DNA from: Methanobacteriota archaeon | Lineage (GTDB): Archaea > Thermoplasmatota > Poseidoniia > Poseidoniales > Poseidoniaceae | Direction of reading: 5' to 3' | DNA: 34,616 nucleotides | Assembly: GCA_002722615.1 (NCBI GenBank) | Contig: PBMQ01000020.1 | Span: 26,738-61,353, forward strand | In this document: piece by piece, positions 25,864 through 34,616 of the stretch | Position numbering within the stretch: the stretch's first letter is position 1 | How the letters are laid out: each line of letters begins with the position of its first letter | The notes under the pieces: model-generated | What the model was told of the DNA's origin: nothing | What the model saw: only the letters and a program-made list of their open reading frames with translations | Databases searched by the model: none | Translations under genes and position numbers: made by a program

Positions 25864-26170
25864 GTACCACAAGACCGAAGGTGGCCTTTGGCCTAACGAT
25901 GAAAAGTCGAAGCCGTCACATCCCGACATGAAAGGGCGTGTCGAGGTCAGCCCTGAGCAGGTAAAAGGCTTGATTGCCATGGCAAAAGAGGGAAAGACAC
26001 CCAAAATTCAGCTTGCCGCATGGAATCGCAAGGCCAAGGACACTGGTCAGGAATACCAGTATGTCACCGCTGAGGTGTTCTGGGATCCAGAGGCACAGGC
26101 GGCTCCACCGCCCCCGCCCAAGCCCCAGCCCATCGAGATTGAACTTCCAGAGGACGACATTCCGTTTTGA
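25856..26170 (+). CDS. Putative single-stranded DNA-binding protein
   Basis: HPDMKG, AAW, acidic C-terminal EDDIPF tail; follows the SSAP gene. Confidence 0.7.
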   Translation: MSKYHKTEGGLWPNDEKSKPSHPDMKGRVEVSPEQVKGLIAMAKEGKTPKIQLAAWNRKAKDTGQEYQYVTAEVFWDPEAQAAPPPPPKPQPIEIELPEDDIPF

Positions 26171-26490
26171 TCAGGTCTAAAAAACTGCTGGATGCGGCGA
26201 AGGATCAGTCTTGCGTCAACTGCGGGGTCAGGGACGGCACCGTGGTTGCGGCACACTACACCGGCCTACGCGCACACCTGCTTGGCAAGGGTACAGGACA
26301 CAAGCCGCATGACTTGGTAATTGCTGACCTTTGCCACAAGTGCCACTACCAGTTCGATGTAGGCGGTGGTGGCGCAACCTTTGAGAAGAAGATCGACAGG
26401 TCAGAGCAATTCCTGTTCAACATAGTCAAAACATTGATACGCCGAATTGATCAGGGCGTCATCACAATAGAAGGAATGAAGGATGAGTAA
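26167..26490 (+). CDS. YbcO/DUF1364-like Zn-binding putative nuclease
   Basis: RSKKLL, CVNC, VVAAH, GKGTGHK, LCHKCH; TTG start. Confidence 0.7.
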   Translation: MIRSKKLLDAAKDQSCVNCGVRDGTVVAAHYTGLRAHLLGKGTGHKPHDLVIADLCHKCHYQFDVGGGGATFEKKIDRSEQFLFNIVKTLIRRIDQGVITIEGMKDE

Positions 26491-26915
26491 TGGAGATACA
26501 TCTACCCCAAAACAGGGCAATCCAGAGAATGCGAGTGCTACAGTCTCTGTGTCAGGAGTTTCCGCAGGCGGCGCCACAAATAGTGGAGGTCAACCTTCAG
26601 TCGAGACATGGAGTTACTCTGGAGGTAAAGCCTCTGCGAACTCACCGATCAAGACCCCAAGAAAATTACTACAGAAAGTGGTGCAATGGTTTCGCAAAGT
26701 TCTGCGGATTGACCCCTGACGAAATGCACGAAGAGATTCTCTGCCAATGTTATGGCTCAGAGGAGATAGAAACGCGGTTTGGAGTAAAAAGAAGGCCGAT
26801 CAAACGAAGTGGCGATACCACCCGTGGCGACTACTCCGAGCTTATTGAAACGCTATGCAGGGTGGCGGCACAGATGGGATATGACGTGCCGCCCCCAGTG
26901 CAGGAGGAAGAATGA
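26490..26915 (+). CDS. NinB/YbcN-like recombination protein
   Basis: RSRPQENYY..W, EMHE, RS......YSELIE pattern. Confidence 0.6.
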   Translation: MEIHLPQNRAIQRMRVLQSLCQEFPQAAPQIVEVNLQSRHGVTLEVKPLRTHRSRPQENYYRKWCNGFAKFCGLTPDEMHEEILCQCYGSEEIETRFGVKRRPIKRSGDTTRGDYSELIETLCRVAAQMGYDVPPPVQEEE

Positions 26916-27130
26916 CAAAGCTGACGCTTGAGTTAGAGGGCGAGGCCTACGCAGACGGGCTTGCTACTGCTGACAAGTTTCTGGCACTGATAACCGAGAG
27001 ACTCGACCGAATTGACAAGGTCACGGAAAACATCCTAGACATGACTAATATAAATGCCGATGCACTGGATGACATACGTGCCGCAATAAAGGATTTGGAG
27101 GAGGCAAAAGCCGCCTTGTCCGGTGACTGA
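26912..27130 (+). CDS. Small coiled-coil hypothetical protein
   Basis: 72 aa, AGGAGG RBS, ATGA coupling. Confidence 0.6.
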   Translation: MTKLTLELEGEAYADGLATADKFLALITERLDRIDKVTENILDMTNINADALDDIRAAIKDLEEAKAALSGD

Positions 27131-27575
27131 GATCAGGCTAACACTGGCAGAGATGCAGATCGCCGCCAATGTCGGAGTCCAGAGGCAGTTACAGAACCTC
27201 AAGAACGATGCCACACCTGCATACGGCGCTGGATCGTCTAACGACTGGCAACTGCATGTCGAGGGCGCACTTGGTGAGATGGCTCTGGCAAAGCACCTAG
27301 GTATTTATTGGGATGGGAAAGGCCAAATGAGGGCGCCGGATGTCGGTAACGTGGATGTGCGGACATCTAACAGGAACTCTGCTCGCTTGATCATCCACAA
27401 CTCAGATCCAGATGACAGGTTTTTTTTCCTGCTGATCGGAGGCAATGGAAGATATCGATGTGCTGGGGGGGTGTACGGCAGGGATGGTAAGCGAGATGAA
27501 TTTTGGACTGACCCAGCCGGAGGTCGCCCGGCGTACTTTGTTCCTCAAAACAAGTTAGGAGTAATAAATGGATGA
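27123..27575 (+). CDS. Hypothetical protein, possible restriction-endonuclease-like fold
   Basis: GALGEMALAK, PDVG.VDVR, YFVPQ; GTG start. Confidence 0.6.
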   Translation: MTEIRLTLAEMQIAANVGVQRQLQNLKNDATPAYGAGSSNDWQLHVEGALGEMALAKHLGIYWDGKGQMRAPDVGNVDVRTSNRNSARLIIHNSDPDDRFFFLLIGGNGRYRCAGGVYGRDGKRDEFWTDPAGGRPAYFVPQNKLGVING

Positions 27576-27657
27576 TATTCCAGAGCATTACATCGCACTT
27601 TGGATAGTTTGCTTCATCAGCGTCTACACCATATTGGTGATAGCGCCAAAGTATTGA
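27568..27657 (+). CDS. Single-TM microprotein (29 aa)
   Basis: Hand-translated MDDIPEHYIALWIVCFISVYTILVIAPKY; AGGAG RBS. Confidence 0.5.
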   Translation: MDDIPEHYIALWIVCFISVYTILVIAPKY

Positions 27658-27693
27658 TACACTGAGTGTCCGTTTAACAAGTAGGAGTATGTA

Positions 27694-28056
27694 ATGTCAA
27701 AGTATTTCACAGCTATCATCGCCTTTTTCTTTTCTTCTTTGGCGGCGTCTCAAACCATAATTTACTACGAGGATGGCTCTGTTTACACCGTTAAGGAGAA
27801 CGAAAAGGTGTACGTCGAAACCTCTAGCAAGTTGTACACAAAACAAGGCTACAAAAATGGGAATGAGTATTTCATTCACAAGGTGCCTAACCAAAAAGTA
27901 GATTATGAAGAACAGCCTTACGATGGCGAAGATCTTGGCTCACCAGAGTGGTGTGAGGCTTACGCGCCATATCTTTATGTCAATGGATTTACCTTTGACG
28001 ATCAAGCCTATATCCGGTATTGCAACCAAGATGGCTCAGGTGATGGCGACGGTTAA
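27694..28056 (+). CDS. Exported protein with signal peptide
   Basis: MSKYFTAIIAFFFSSLAASQ signal-like N-terminus, Tyr-rich, two Cys; AGGAG RBS; AT-richer than neighbours. Confidence 0.65.
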   Translation: MSKYFTAIIAFFFSSLAASQTIIYYEDGSVYTVKENEKVYVETSSKLYTKQGYKNGNEYFIHKVPNQKVDYEEQPYDGEDLGSPEWCEAYAPYLYVNGFTFDDQAYIRYCNQDGSGDGDG

Positions 28057-28502
28057 GCTATACGCCCCTCAGCCTTATGATGCTCTACGTTAATGAGGTG
28101 CTGATTAAGGATCTCCTCCTTTGACTGGCCGTGGTACGGCACAGCAAGAAGCTCATCCAGTAAAATTTCGTTGAGGCTTCTGGGCTGATATCCCTCTGTA
28201 TCGGGCGCTTCTGGCATAAACACCTCAGCCAGTATGCGTCCGAACTTACCCCGCCCATCTAGATGCGTTTTTAGTAGGACTTCTGAGCCCTCTGGAATCA
28301 TCTGGGACACATAGCTCTTTGCCAGATTGCCAAGCGCCTTCAGGTCTTCCGTCCCGCCACGAGTCTCTGCCGTGTCAATACCATACAGCCGCACAGACTG
28401 TGCCTTTAGCTGGATGTCAAAACCACAGTCGATATCAAGTATGACACTGTCTCCGTCAACACAACGCACCACTGTCGCTTTGTATGAATATGTTAACAGC
28501 AA
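28053..28502 (-). CDS. Thermonuclease (SNase-like) family protein
   Basis: VVRCVDGDS, VRLYGIDTAE, GKFGRILA. Confidence 0.85.
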   Translation of the reverse strand: MLLTYSYKATVVRCVDGDSVILDIDCGFDIQLKAQSVRLYGIDTAETRGGTEDLKALGNLAKSYVSQMIPEGSEVLLKTHLDGRGKFGRILAEVFMPEAPDTEGYQPRSLNEILLDELLAVPYHGQSKEEILNQHLINVEHHKAEGRIA

Positions 28503-31500
28503 TTACAACCCCCTTATCACGGACCTGTTAGCAAGACTTTCAAGTAGCGGGGTGACGCTCAGGATGTTGTTCTCGTACTCCCTTAGCGCGTCAAGCTGTT
28601 CCTTCTTCATCTCCGCATCTAGGTCAGAACGCATGATTGCGCGCCTCATTACCCTGATGTCATCAAGATCTTTCTTGATTGAGTAAACACCGTCCTTAAC
28701 CTCAGACAGGTTTCCTATCTTGGGTATCAAGGCGTCAAGCTCATCATGCCTGCCGTCTCTGATTAGGGCATTCATGCTATTGTAGTCCTGACGTATTTCG
28801 CTATAGAGGTCGTAGAACTGCTCTTTGAGGCCGCTCCCCTCCGGTGAGGTTAGGAAACGCTTGACCACAGGGTAGTCGTAAGTTGCAAGCGCGGACATCT
28901 CCGGCTGTTTGACGTTATAACCGATGGCGTCCAGACCTTCGCTGACTGTTGGGTCTCTGACTATTCTATCGATCCAGCTTGTAACAAAGACGCCAGTGCC
29001 TCCAGTATATCCCCTGATGATGTGGTCTATCTTCATGGGAGATATACCGCCACCGCCAAACGGGATAGTTGCTTTTTGAAGGAGCAACGAAAGCTCAGTG
29101 GTGGCATCTGTTCTCTGCATCTCTGGACGTTGACCCGTCATCCAAATAGGCACAATCGTCCTGCCCGTGTACACGTCATAATTAGTTATGGCTTCCAGCA
29201 CAGGCGTAAGCGCCTGAGGCACAGGGTTGAAGTTGAGCGTAGAAAGAATCGCCTGCTTGCCGCTCTCAAACGCCTGCTTCCCTGTCCTCTTATCTGATGT
29301 CGTGTCCAACACAACCTCAGGAATAGTCTTGAATATCAAGCCAACCTCAAATGGAATGGGTATGGCTATCGCTCCAACATCTTTAAGCCAAGGGACGGGG
29401 AACAGCCAGTTGTTGTCCCTTAGCTCCCTGCTTGCTTCCCTGTACTCGTCCTCGTCGCTGACCTGCGCCCAATACAGCGCAGTTGCAAAGCCCAGCAACG
29501 CACCTCGCATCGCAAAACCTATTATGGCCCTGTTCTGGGTTAGCTCTCTGTTCGCTGGGTTAACCCCAATTGCGCCACGATACAGAACATCTAAGCCCTG
29601 TATTCTTGCGTTGAGGAATGGCACGGCTGTCGCAATAGCCCTCATAACACCATTACTGCCGCGTCTGGAGAAGTTAAGTATCTCCATCGCCTGATAGTGC
29701 GCCTCAGCCTCGTTGCCCGTCCGAGAATACACATCGTTATAAACGGCCTGTCGGGTTGCCGCGTCCGATCTAGTTGTCTGGCGCCCGGCGAAACGCCACA
29801 TTGTCCTGATCATGTTAAGAGGAAGTCCCCGCCTTTTTCTGTTGGCTGACTCTTCCTCAAACAGCTTGCCGAGATCCTTTTGATCTATGTTGAAATCGTA
29901 GCCGCCAACAACGCCGGTTCTTTCCAGCCTGTTTACGTCAGCAAAGTATCCCTTGGTCGTATCTATCCACGGTAGGAACCTAGCGCCAGATGTAACAAAG
30001 GCGGACAAGCTATCCCTTAACAAGTTAGCAATCATAAATCCCGGGGTACGAGTGACCGTTTCCCTCAGCAACGAGGAGAATGGCCCGAAGTACATTCTGG
30101 ACAGGTTCTCCAGACCAGAACTTTCTATTGCACTCATCGACTCAAGGATAAGCGGGTCATGTATTTGGAAGTAGACGGGCTCTCCGCGAACCTTGAATCC
30201 GATAACAGCCGCATCATCCTTTCTGGAAGCAGGCACTTGGGTCGCAAGCTGTAGCTTCTGCATATCTCTCGCAATGCGTTGCTGGGCGACATTACGCATA
30301 CCGAGATCAATGGCAGACCCGACATTCTTGGTAATCGCCTCAATCAAAGGCACGTTGATCTTGTCTGTTTTGCCCTTGTACGCCTTAAATGCGCCCAGCT
30401 TTCGCAGATCGCCATACGCATTGGTAACGACCTTTCCGATCTCTGCTTTAGGGTCTAGGGCTCTGTAGTAGGGGATGTAGTCTGCGGCTAGACGCCAGTC
30501 TTCTGCTGTCTTCTCGTTGAGTACGCCCGTGTCCTGAAGGAATGTAATGACTTGGTTGTTGTATGCTTGCCAAGCACCGTACCATTCCTTAACGGGGTTG
30601 TTTCCGTTGGCGTCCGTGAACTGCTCTACATCCCTAAGCGCCTGCTGATAGTCCGCATCTGTGACAGGGGTGACCTTGCCGTCATCGTTTAGCCTTTTGC
30701 CCCGCATGGCAATCGCGTAAGCCTGAGCAAACTGTGTAAGGTCTCCGTATTGCTTTGTCCTTAACAAGTCAATGATATCGATCAGACCCCGGTACTGTTT
30801 GCCGTTGTGGGAGAAATCCACAACCTTCGTCAGTCCGTCTTTGTATTGGGGAACGCCGCTCTTAAACGCTTCAGCGGTGACACCCGCAGATCTATCAGCA
30901 AAAAGCACAGCCGCAATGGAACTGCTGTCCGCTAGATAGTCGTTAAAATACTTCTGGTTCAGCTTCTCCAGTCTGGCGTATCGGTTGAGGATCGCTTGGC
31001 GTGCTTTTGTAAACTTGTAGCTGAGAGGGCTGTTGTCCCCAGTCGCATCCATGTACTGTTGCATGGGGTCTACGCGATCTGGCCGGTCAGTTACAAGCCT
31101 GCCAATAAATGATTTGGTTTCTGGGCGGTATTCTGGGTCGCGTGATTCCAGTATCTCATCAGGGACAATCGCCGCCTCTGGGTTGCGCGCAATGTACTGC
31201 GCTTCTGGTGAGGCCTTGACGCTGTAGAGGGGCACGGTGGTGCCGGCTCTTTCCGCTTCTTGTTGGTTTTGTGCGACAACTTTTTCTATTTTAACCGGAT
31301 CTATGCTTCTGGCAGATGACCTGCTGTACATGATGTCGTCTTCGTAGCGCCTGCCTTCTGGCACAGACTCAGGGTCAAAGCGAGCGAACATCCCCTTGAT
31401 GTCCTCGCTGTTGAACATGGCAACAGCACTGTAGGGATCGCCCGGTCTTTCGATGTCGTAATAACCGACAAACCCAGCCTCTTTCATGTATGGCGCCAAG

Positions 31501-34500
31501 GGCTCAAGCTGAGTGAAATCTACGCCGTAAGGGTCTTCGACAATCATCCCGTACGCTTGAGGCGCAACCCTGTTGTGGAAGTCCTCAGCAAGACGTTCAG
31601 ACGCCTCCCGCAAAGACATCGCGCCCTCGTAGTAGAAGCGAGCAATATCATCCTGCTCAAAGCCTCTTAGCTTGGTCTTGTCTGGACCTAACTCTCTGCC
31701 CTTCTCAAGCTCGCTGGCAAAATAACTTTCAAGGTTAGATTTTAGCTCCGGCTGGTTGTTTAGCGTTCTGTTTATGGACTGGCTGACAGGGTTGCCTTCA
31801 TTCTGTATTGCCGACCTGACTTCAAACAACCCGCCTGCCTCGTTGTCCTCGCCGTATCTCAGGAATACCGGATACACCACAGGGTATTCAGGCTGGTAAG
31901 TCATCAGTTGAGGGGCAAAGTCGCTCGCAAACTTGGGGTTTTCTGTGAAATGCCCAGCAACCACACCCATACCCAGCTTGCCTTGGAAGCGGCGTATACC
32001 TTTGCCGCCGTCAACAAGAGGATCTGTGGCTGTGCCATGGTAATAAGGGATGTTTACCCTGAAGCGTTGATTTGCGGCTTCTGCTACGCGGCTTTCAAGC
32101 ACCTCATCAGGAGTGTCTGCCGCCCTTTTGCCGATATTCGGGTCAAGCTCTGGGTTGTCGGCTACCATCTGACCAACCTGCTCTTTGAGGTTGGCGGCTA
32201 TCGCGGTTATTTGCTCTTTGGTGGGGCGAGTACCAGTAACTAGCTGAAGGTCTTCGGTTGTGACTGCCCTTTCCTGAACCTCACCGAGGTTCTTCTCTGT
32301 CTGCATTAGAGTCCGAACAACATCGCGCTCTCTGCCCCCGACCTCCCCAGTCTGAATCCTGTCAACAAGTTGCTTGTAAGAGTCGATGTCGTTGTTTTGG
32401 GCGTAACCAACCATCCTCTTGAAGAAGTTGACGATACGCTTGATGAGAGTCTGTGGCTTGCCGCCAATCTTCTGCACGTTGCCGTTAATCAAGACGCCCT
32501 TTGTCATGGCATCCGACAGCATCTCCGCAATCGCCTCTTCCTGCTGGATGACAGCGTCCTGAGGGACTTCTTGGCCCGTCTCTGGGTCTTTCTTAGTCGC
32601 GTAGGTGCTGACCGCCCACTGAGCATATGTCTTATTCGTTCCGGGCTTGCCGTATTGACGGCTAAGTCTTTCGAGCAGGCTGAACTCTTTTGCTGTAAAC
32701 AGGTCCATAGCACGCAACGCATGAACAAGTTCGTGGTTCATAACCATTGCTGTCGCCTCTTCAAACGACATGCCTTGATCAACACGCTGTTTAACGCCGT
32801 CGAGGGCGATCTGAATGACTTTGGCTCCTGCCTGCGCGGACCCCATCGTGGTGATCTCGCCAGTCTGGGGCTTTTCGGGCGGCGTCACATAGACGTTCCC
32901 CGCGCTGTCCCTGCTGGCAATCCCGACCTGATCGACAATTTTCGCGGCGTAGTCACCGTCTATGCCCACACTCTTCAGGATGTCTTGCACTTGCTTGTTA
33001 ACAGCAGACTCAAGTTGCCTATCAACGGCCTTGGATTCGGCCTCTGGGTCAAACATGACAAGCTCTTTGCCTTTCTCAACGGGCTCCGTTCGCACGTCAG
33101 GCTGGGCTGGTTTTGCCACATCTGCGAAGTTAGGAATAAATATGGCGGCTTCTGGGCCAATCATTCTTGGTCGAGAAGGGACGGTGACGCCGGTCACAGG
33201 ATCGACTTGATCGACGCCTGTCCCGCGAGGTGTGGTGATCTGAGGGGCTTGCTCGATGGCTTGGAGGACGTAGTCCATCTCCGAGCGGGTAAGGTCGGTG
33301 AGAGGCTTGGATTCGGACACGGGGCGACCAACGATGGTCTGAACGACTCCGCTCCCTTCCTTGGAGTTTAGCCGATTGCCTATGCCCTTGCGGTTGAGGG
33401 CGGTGTCAATCCTTCTCTCCATCAAGTTAACGGCAGGGGCAGGTTCGGCTGTAGCGCGACGTGATGCGAGCCTAGGTTTGATTGGTTCTTCTGGGGTAAA
33501 CCTGCGGCCAGAGTCTCTGATTGACTGGTAAAAACGCTTCATCCTTCCCTTCATCAGGCCGTCAAACGCTTCTTGGCTTACCGTGCCCTCTGAGGTCATG
33601 CGGGCCAGCGCCTTGGTCCCAGCTTCTTCAATGGCGCGGGTTTTACGATTCTGCTTCTGCCTACGAATCTCATCATCCACAAGGGATTGCTCGATCAGCC
33701 CCTTCCCAGCGAGAGACTTGAGAACCCGTATGTCAGGATCTGGACCCCCCCCGCCCGTCTCCGCTATGTGCGCGTCGATAACGGCCTCAACCCTGAGGCC
33801 ATCACTTTCCTCACTGAGCCTAGCCTTAACCTCTTGCGCCTTTACAGGGTCTCTCATGGCGGGGCCAAACTGCCTGCCATTTTGGGAGACGATGTACATA
33901 CCGTCCTGCCCCTCAACCTCAAACATGGCGCCAGCGGGCACGGACTGCCGTCTCTGTATCTCAGCGACGATGTCTTCGGTGCCTAGCTCTGGGTCAATCG
34001 ACACGCTAGAGATGGGGTCTGGGGCAACAGAAGGTTCTCTGGCGGCGGCAAGCTCAGCGTCTTTGGTTGCGACTCTAGCGGCCTCTTGCTCTAGCTTTTC
34101 TGCTCTGGCCCTCTCTTCTTCGGCTATCTGGTCTTCTGTCGGCTCAGTTATCTCTTTGGGAGCCTCAACCTTGCGTGTTCTCCGGTTGCCGCCCATTGCC
34201 GCATTGATTGCAAAATCAAAGAATGCACCAGCACCACCGCCCAAGGTAAAGTCTTCTACCGCGCTATCCGCTATCTCCCTGTCGGGGTCATATATAGCAA
34301 GCGCCTTGAGATCCCTAGCAATGCCCTGTGCGGTTTCCTGAACGCCTTCCGCAACGCCCGATCTCAGCATTGACTCGATGCGGCGTAAAAACGGATTGCC
34401 TTCTGGGCTTTGGAAAAACCCCTTCGGAACTCCTCTTACAACCCGATCAAGGCCTAGCGGCTCCAGCAAAGCAAGGCCAATATCGCCGCCTTTATCTGCC

Positions 34501-34616
34501 AGTCTCTGGAAAGTCGTAAGGTCTTCTGGTCTCTCTTCGCCGCCTTCAGAAACAGACTGGCCTATGAAGGTGGCAAATCTGGCAAGGTTTCTTTCTCTCG
34601 CCCCCGGAATGGCAAG
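28503..34616 (-). CDS. Large polyvalent internal virion (ejection) protein with LPD38-like C-terminus, 5'-truncated
   Basis: The frame stays open from 34469 to the window end (checked by hand). NHELVHAL zincin motif, YYHGT...VYPVFL ART-like segment, IPIPFEVGLIFKTIPE and KIDHIIRGYTG C-terminal motifs. Confidence 0.8.
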   Translation of the reverse strand, partial: LAIPGARERNLARFATFIGQSVSEGGEERPEDLTTFQRLADKGGDIGLALLEPLGLDRVVRGVPKGFFQSPEGNPFLRRIESMLRSGVAEGVQETAQGIARDLKALAIYDPDREIADSAVEDFTLGGGAGAFFDFAINAAMGGNRRTRKVEAPKEITEPTEDQIAEEERARAEKLEQEAARVATKDAELAAAREPSVAPDPISSVSIDPELGTEDIVAEIQRRQSVPAGAMFEVEGQDGMYIVSQNGRQFGPAMRDPVKAQEVKARLSEESDGLRVEAVIDAHIAETGGGGPDPDIRVLKSLAGKGLIEQSLVDDEIRRQKQNRKTRAIEEAGTKALARMTSEGTVSQEAFDGLMKGRMKRFYQSIRDSGRRFTPEEPIKPRLASRRATAEPAPAVNLMERRIDTALNRKGIGNRLNSKEGSGVVQTIVGRPVSESKPLTDLTRSEMDYVLQAIEQAPQITTPRGTGVDQVDPVTGVTVPSRPRMIGPEAAIFIPNFADVAKPAQPDVRTEPVEKGKELVMFDPEAESKAVDRQLESAVNKQVQDILKSVGIDGDYAAKIVDQVGIASRDSAGNVYVTPPEKPQTGEITTMGSAQAGAKVIQIALDGVKQRVDQGMSFEEATAMVMNHELVHALRAMDLFTAKEFSLLERLSRQYGKPGTNKTYAQWAVSTYATKKDPETGQEVPQDAVIQQEEAIAEMLSDAMTKGVLINGNVQKIGGKPQTLIKRIVNFFKRMVGYAQNNDIDSYKQLVDRIQTGEVGGRERDVVRTLMQTEKNLGEVQERAVTTEDLQLVTGTRPTKEQITAIAANLKEQVGQMVADNPELDPNIGKRAADTPDEVLESRVAEAANQRFRVNIPYYHGTATDPLVDGGKGIRRFQGKLGMGVVAGHFTENPKFASDFAPQLMTYQPEYPVVYPVFLRYGEDNEAGGLFEVRSAIQNEGNPVSQSINRTLNNQPELKSNLESYFASELEKGRELGPDKTKLRGFEQDDIARFYYEGAMSLREASERLAEDFHNRVAPQAYGMIVEDPYGVDFTQLEPLAPYMKEAGFVGYYDIERPGDPYSAVAMFNSEDIKGMFARFDPESVPEGRRYEDDIMYSRSSARSIDPVKIEKVVAQNQQEAERAGTTVPLYSVKASPEAQYIARNPEAAIVPDEILESRDPEYRPETKSFIGRLVTDRPDRVDPMQQYMDATGDNSPLSYKFTKARQAILNRYARLEKLNQKYFNDYLADSSSIAAVLFADRSAGVTAEAFKSGVPQYKDGLTKVVDFSHNGKQYRGLIDIIDLLRTKQYGDLTQFAQAYAIAMRGKRLNDDGKVTPVTDADYQQALRDVEQFTDANGNNPVKEWYGAWQAYNNQVITFLQDTGVLNEKTAEDWRLAADYIPYYRALDPKAEIGKVVTNAYGDLRKLGAFKAYKGKTDKINVPLIEAITKNVGSAIDLGMRNVAQQRIARDMQKLQLATQVPASRKDDAAVIGFKVRGEPVYFQIHDPLILESMSAIESSGLENLSRMYFGPFSSLLRETVTRTPGFMIANLLRDSLSAFVTSGARFLPWIDTTKGYFADVNRLERTGVVGGYDFNIDQKDLGKLFEEESANRKRRGLPLNMIRTMWRFAGRQTTRSDAATRQAVYNDVYSRTGNEAEAHYQAMEILNFSRRGSNGVMRAIATAVPFLNARIQGLDVLYRGAIGVNPANRELTQNRAIIGFAMRGALLGFATALYWAQVSDEDEYREASRELRDNNWLFPVPWLKDVGAIAIPIPFEVGLIFKTIPEVVLDTTSDKRTGKQAFESGKQAILSTLNFNPVPQALTPVLEAITNYDVYTGRTIVPIWMTGQRPEMQRTDATTELSLLLQKATIPFGGGGISPMKIDHIIRGYTGGTGVFVTSWIDRIVRDPTVSEGLDAIGYNVKQPEMSALATYDYPVVKRFLTSPEGSGLKEQFYDLYSEIRQDYNSMNALIRDGRHDELDALIPKIGNLSEVKDGVYSIKKDLDDIRVMRRAIMRSDLDAEMKKEQLDALREYENNILSVTPLLESLANRSVIRGL

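Noticed and set aside
26483-26719. 78-aa ORF with a possible RBS overlapping the NinB-like gene
   Set aside because: Almost entirely nested in another frame of a motif-supported gene; low-information sequence.
29022-34519. Long plus-strand ORFs (e.g. 32370..33371, 33583..34341)
   Set aside because: Antisense to the giant virion protein gene; no independent coding evidence.
1-34616. Prophage, DGR or alternative genetic code
   Set aside because: No host genes, integrase, reverse transcriptase or TR/VR pair seen; genes are intact and tightly packed under the standard code.

Overview
The window is most of a tailed dsDNA phage genome with a BPP-1/HTVC010P-like podovirus gene layout, probably from an aquatic proteobacterial host (inference). 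A minus-strand packaging/head arm (13138 to 1) carries terS, a 679-aa Gly-rich protein, an HNH-like gene, terL, an Asp/Asn beta-hydroxylase, portal, a GroES-like gene, scaffold, cement and major capsid genes. A plus-strand early arm (13607-20604) includes a DUF3150-like/AAA+/metallopeptidase-vWA triad. A minus-strand block follows with RusA-like, Twinkle/T7 gp4-like primase-helicase and DUF6456-like genes. Next is a plus-strand recombination block (PD-(D/E)XK nuclease, Sak-like, SSB-like, YbcO-like, NinB-like). The window ends with a thermonuclease and a 5'-truncated >2000-aa polyvalent virion protein. I saw no DNA or RNA polymerase, integrase, tRNA or CRISPR array. The most unusual signals are non-coding: a dispersed 10-bp palindrome TRAC-(AA/TT)-GTYA, two related CTAG-rich palindrome arrays (late leader and upstream of the primase-helicase), and a repeated hairpin that puts the Shine-Dalgarno AGGA in its loop at four early genes. 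All family assignments come from motif recognition, not database searches.
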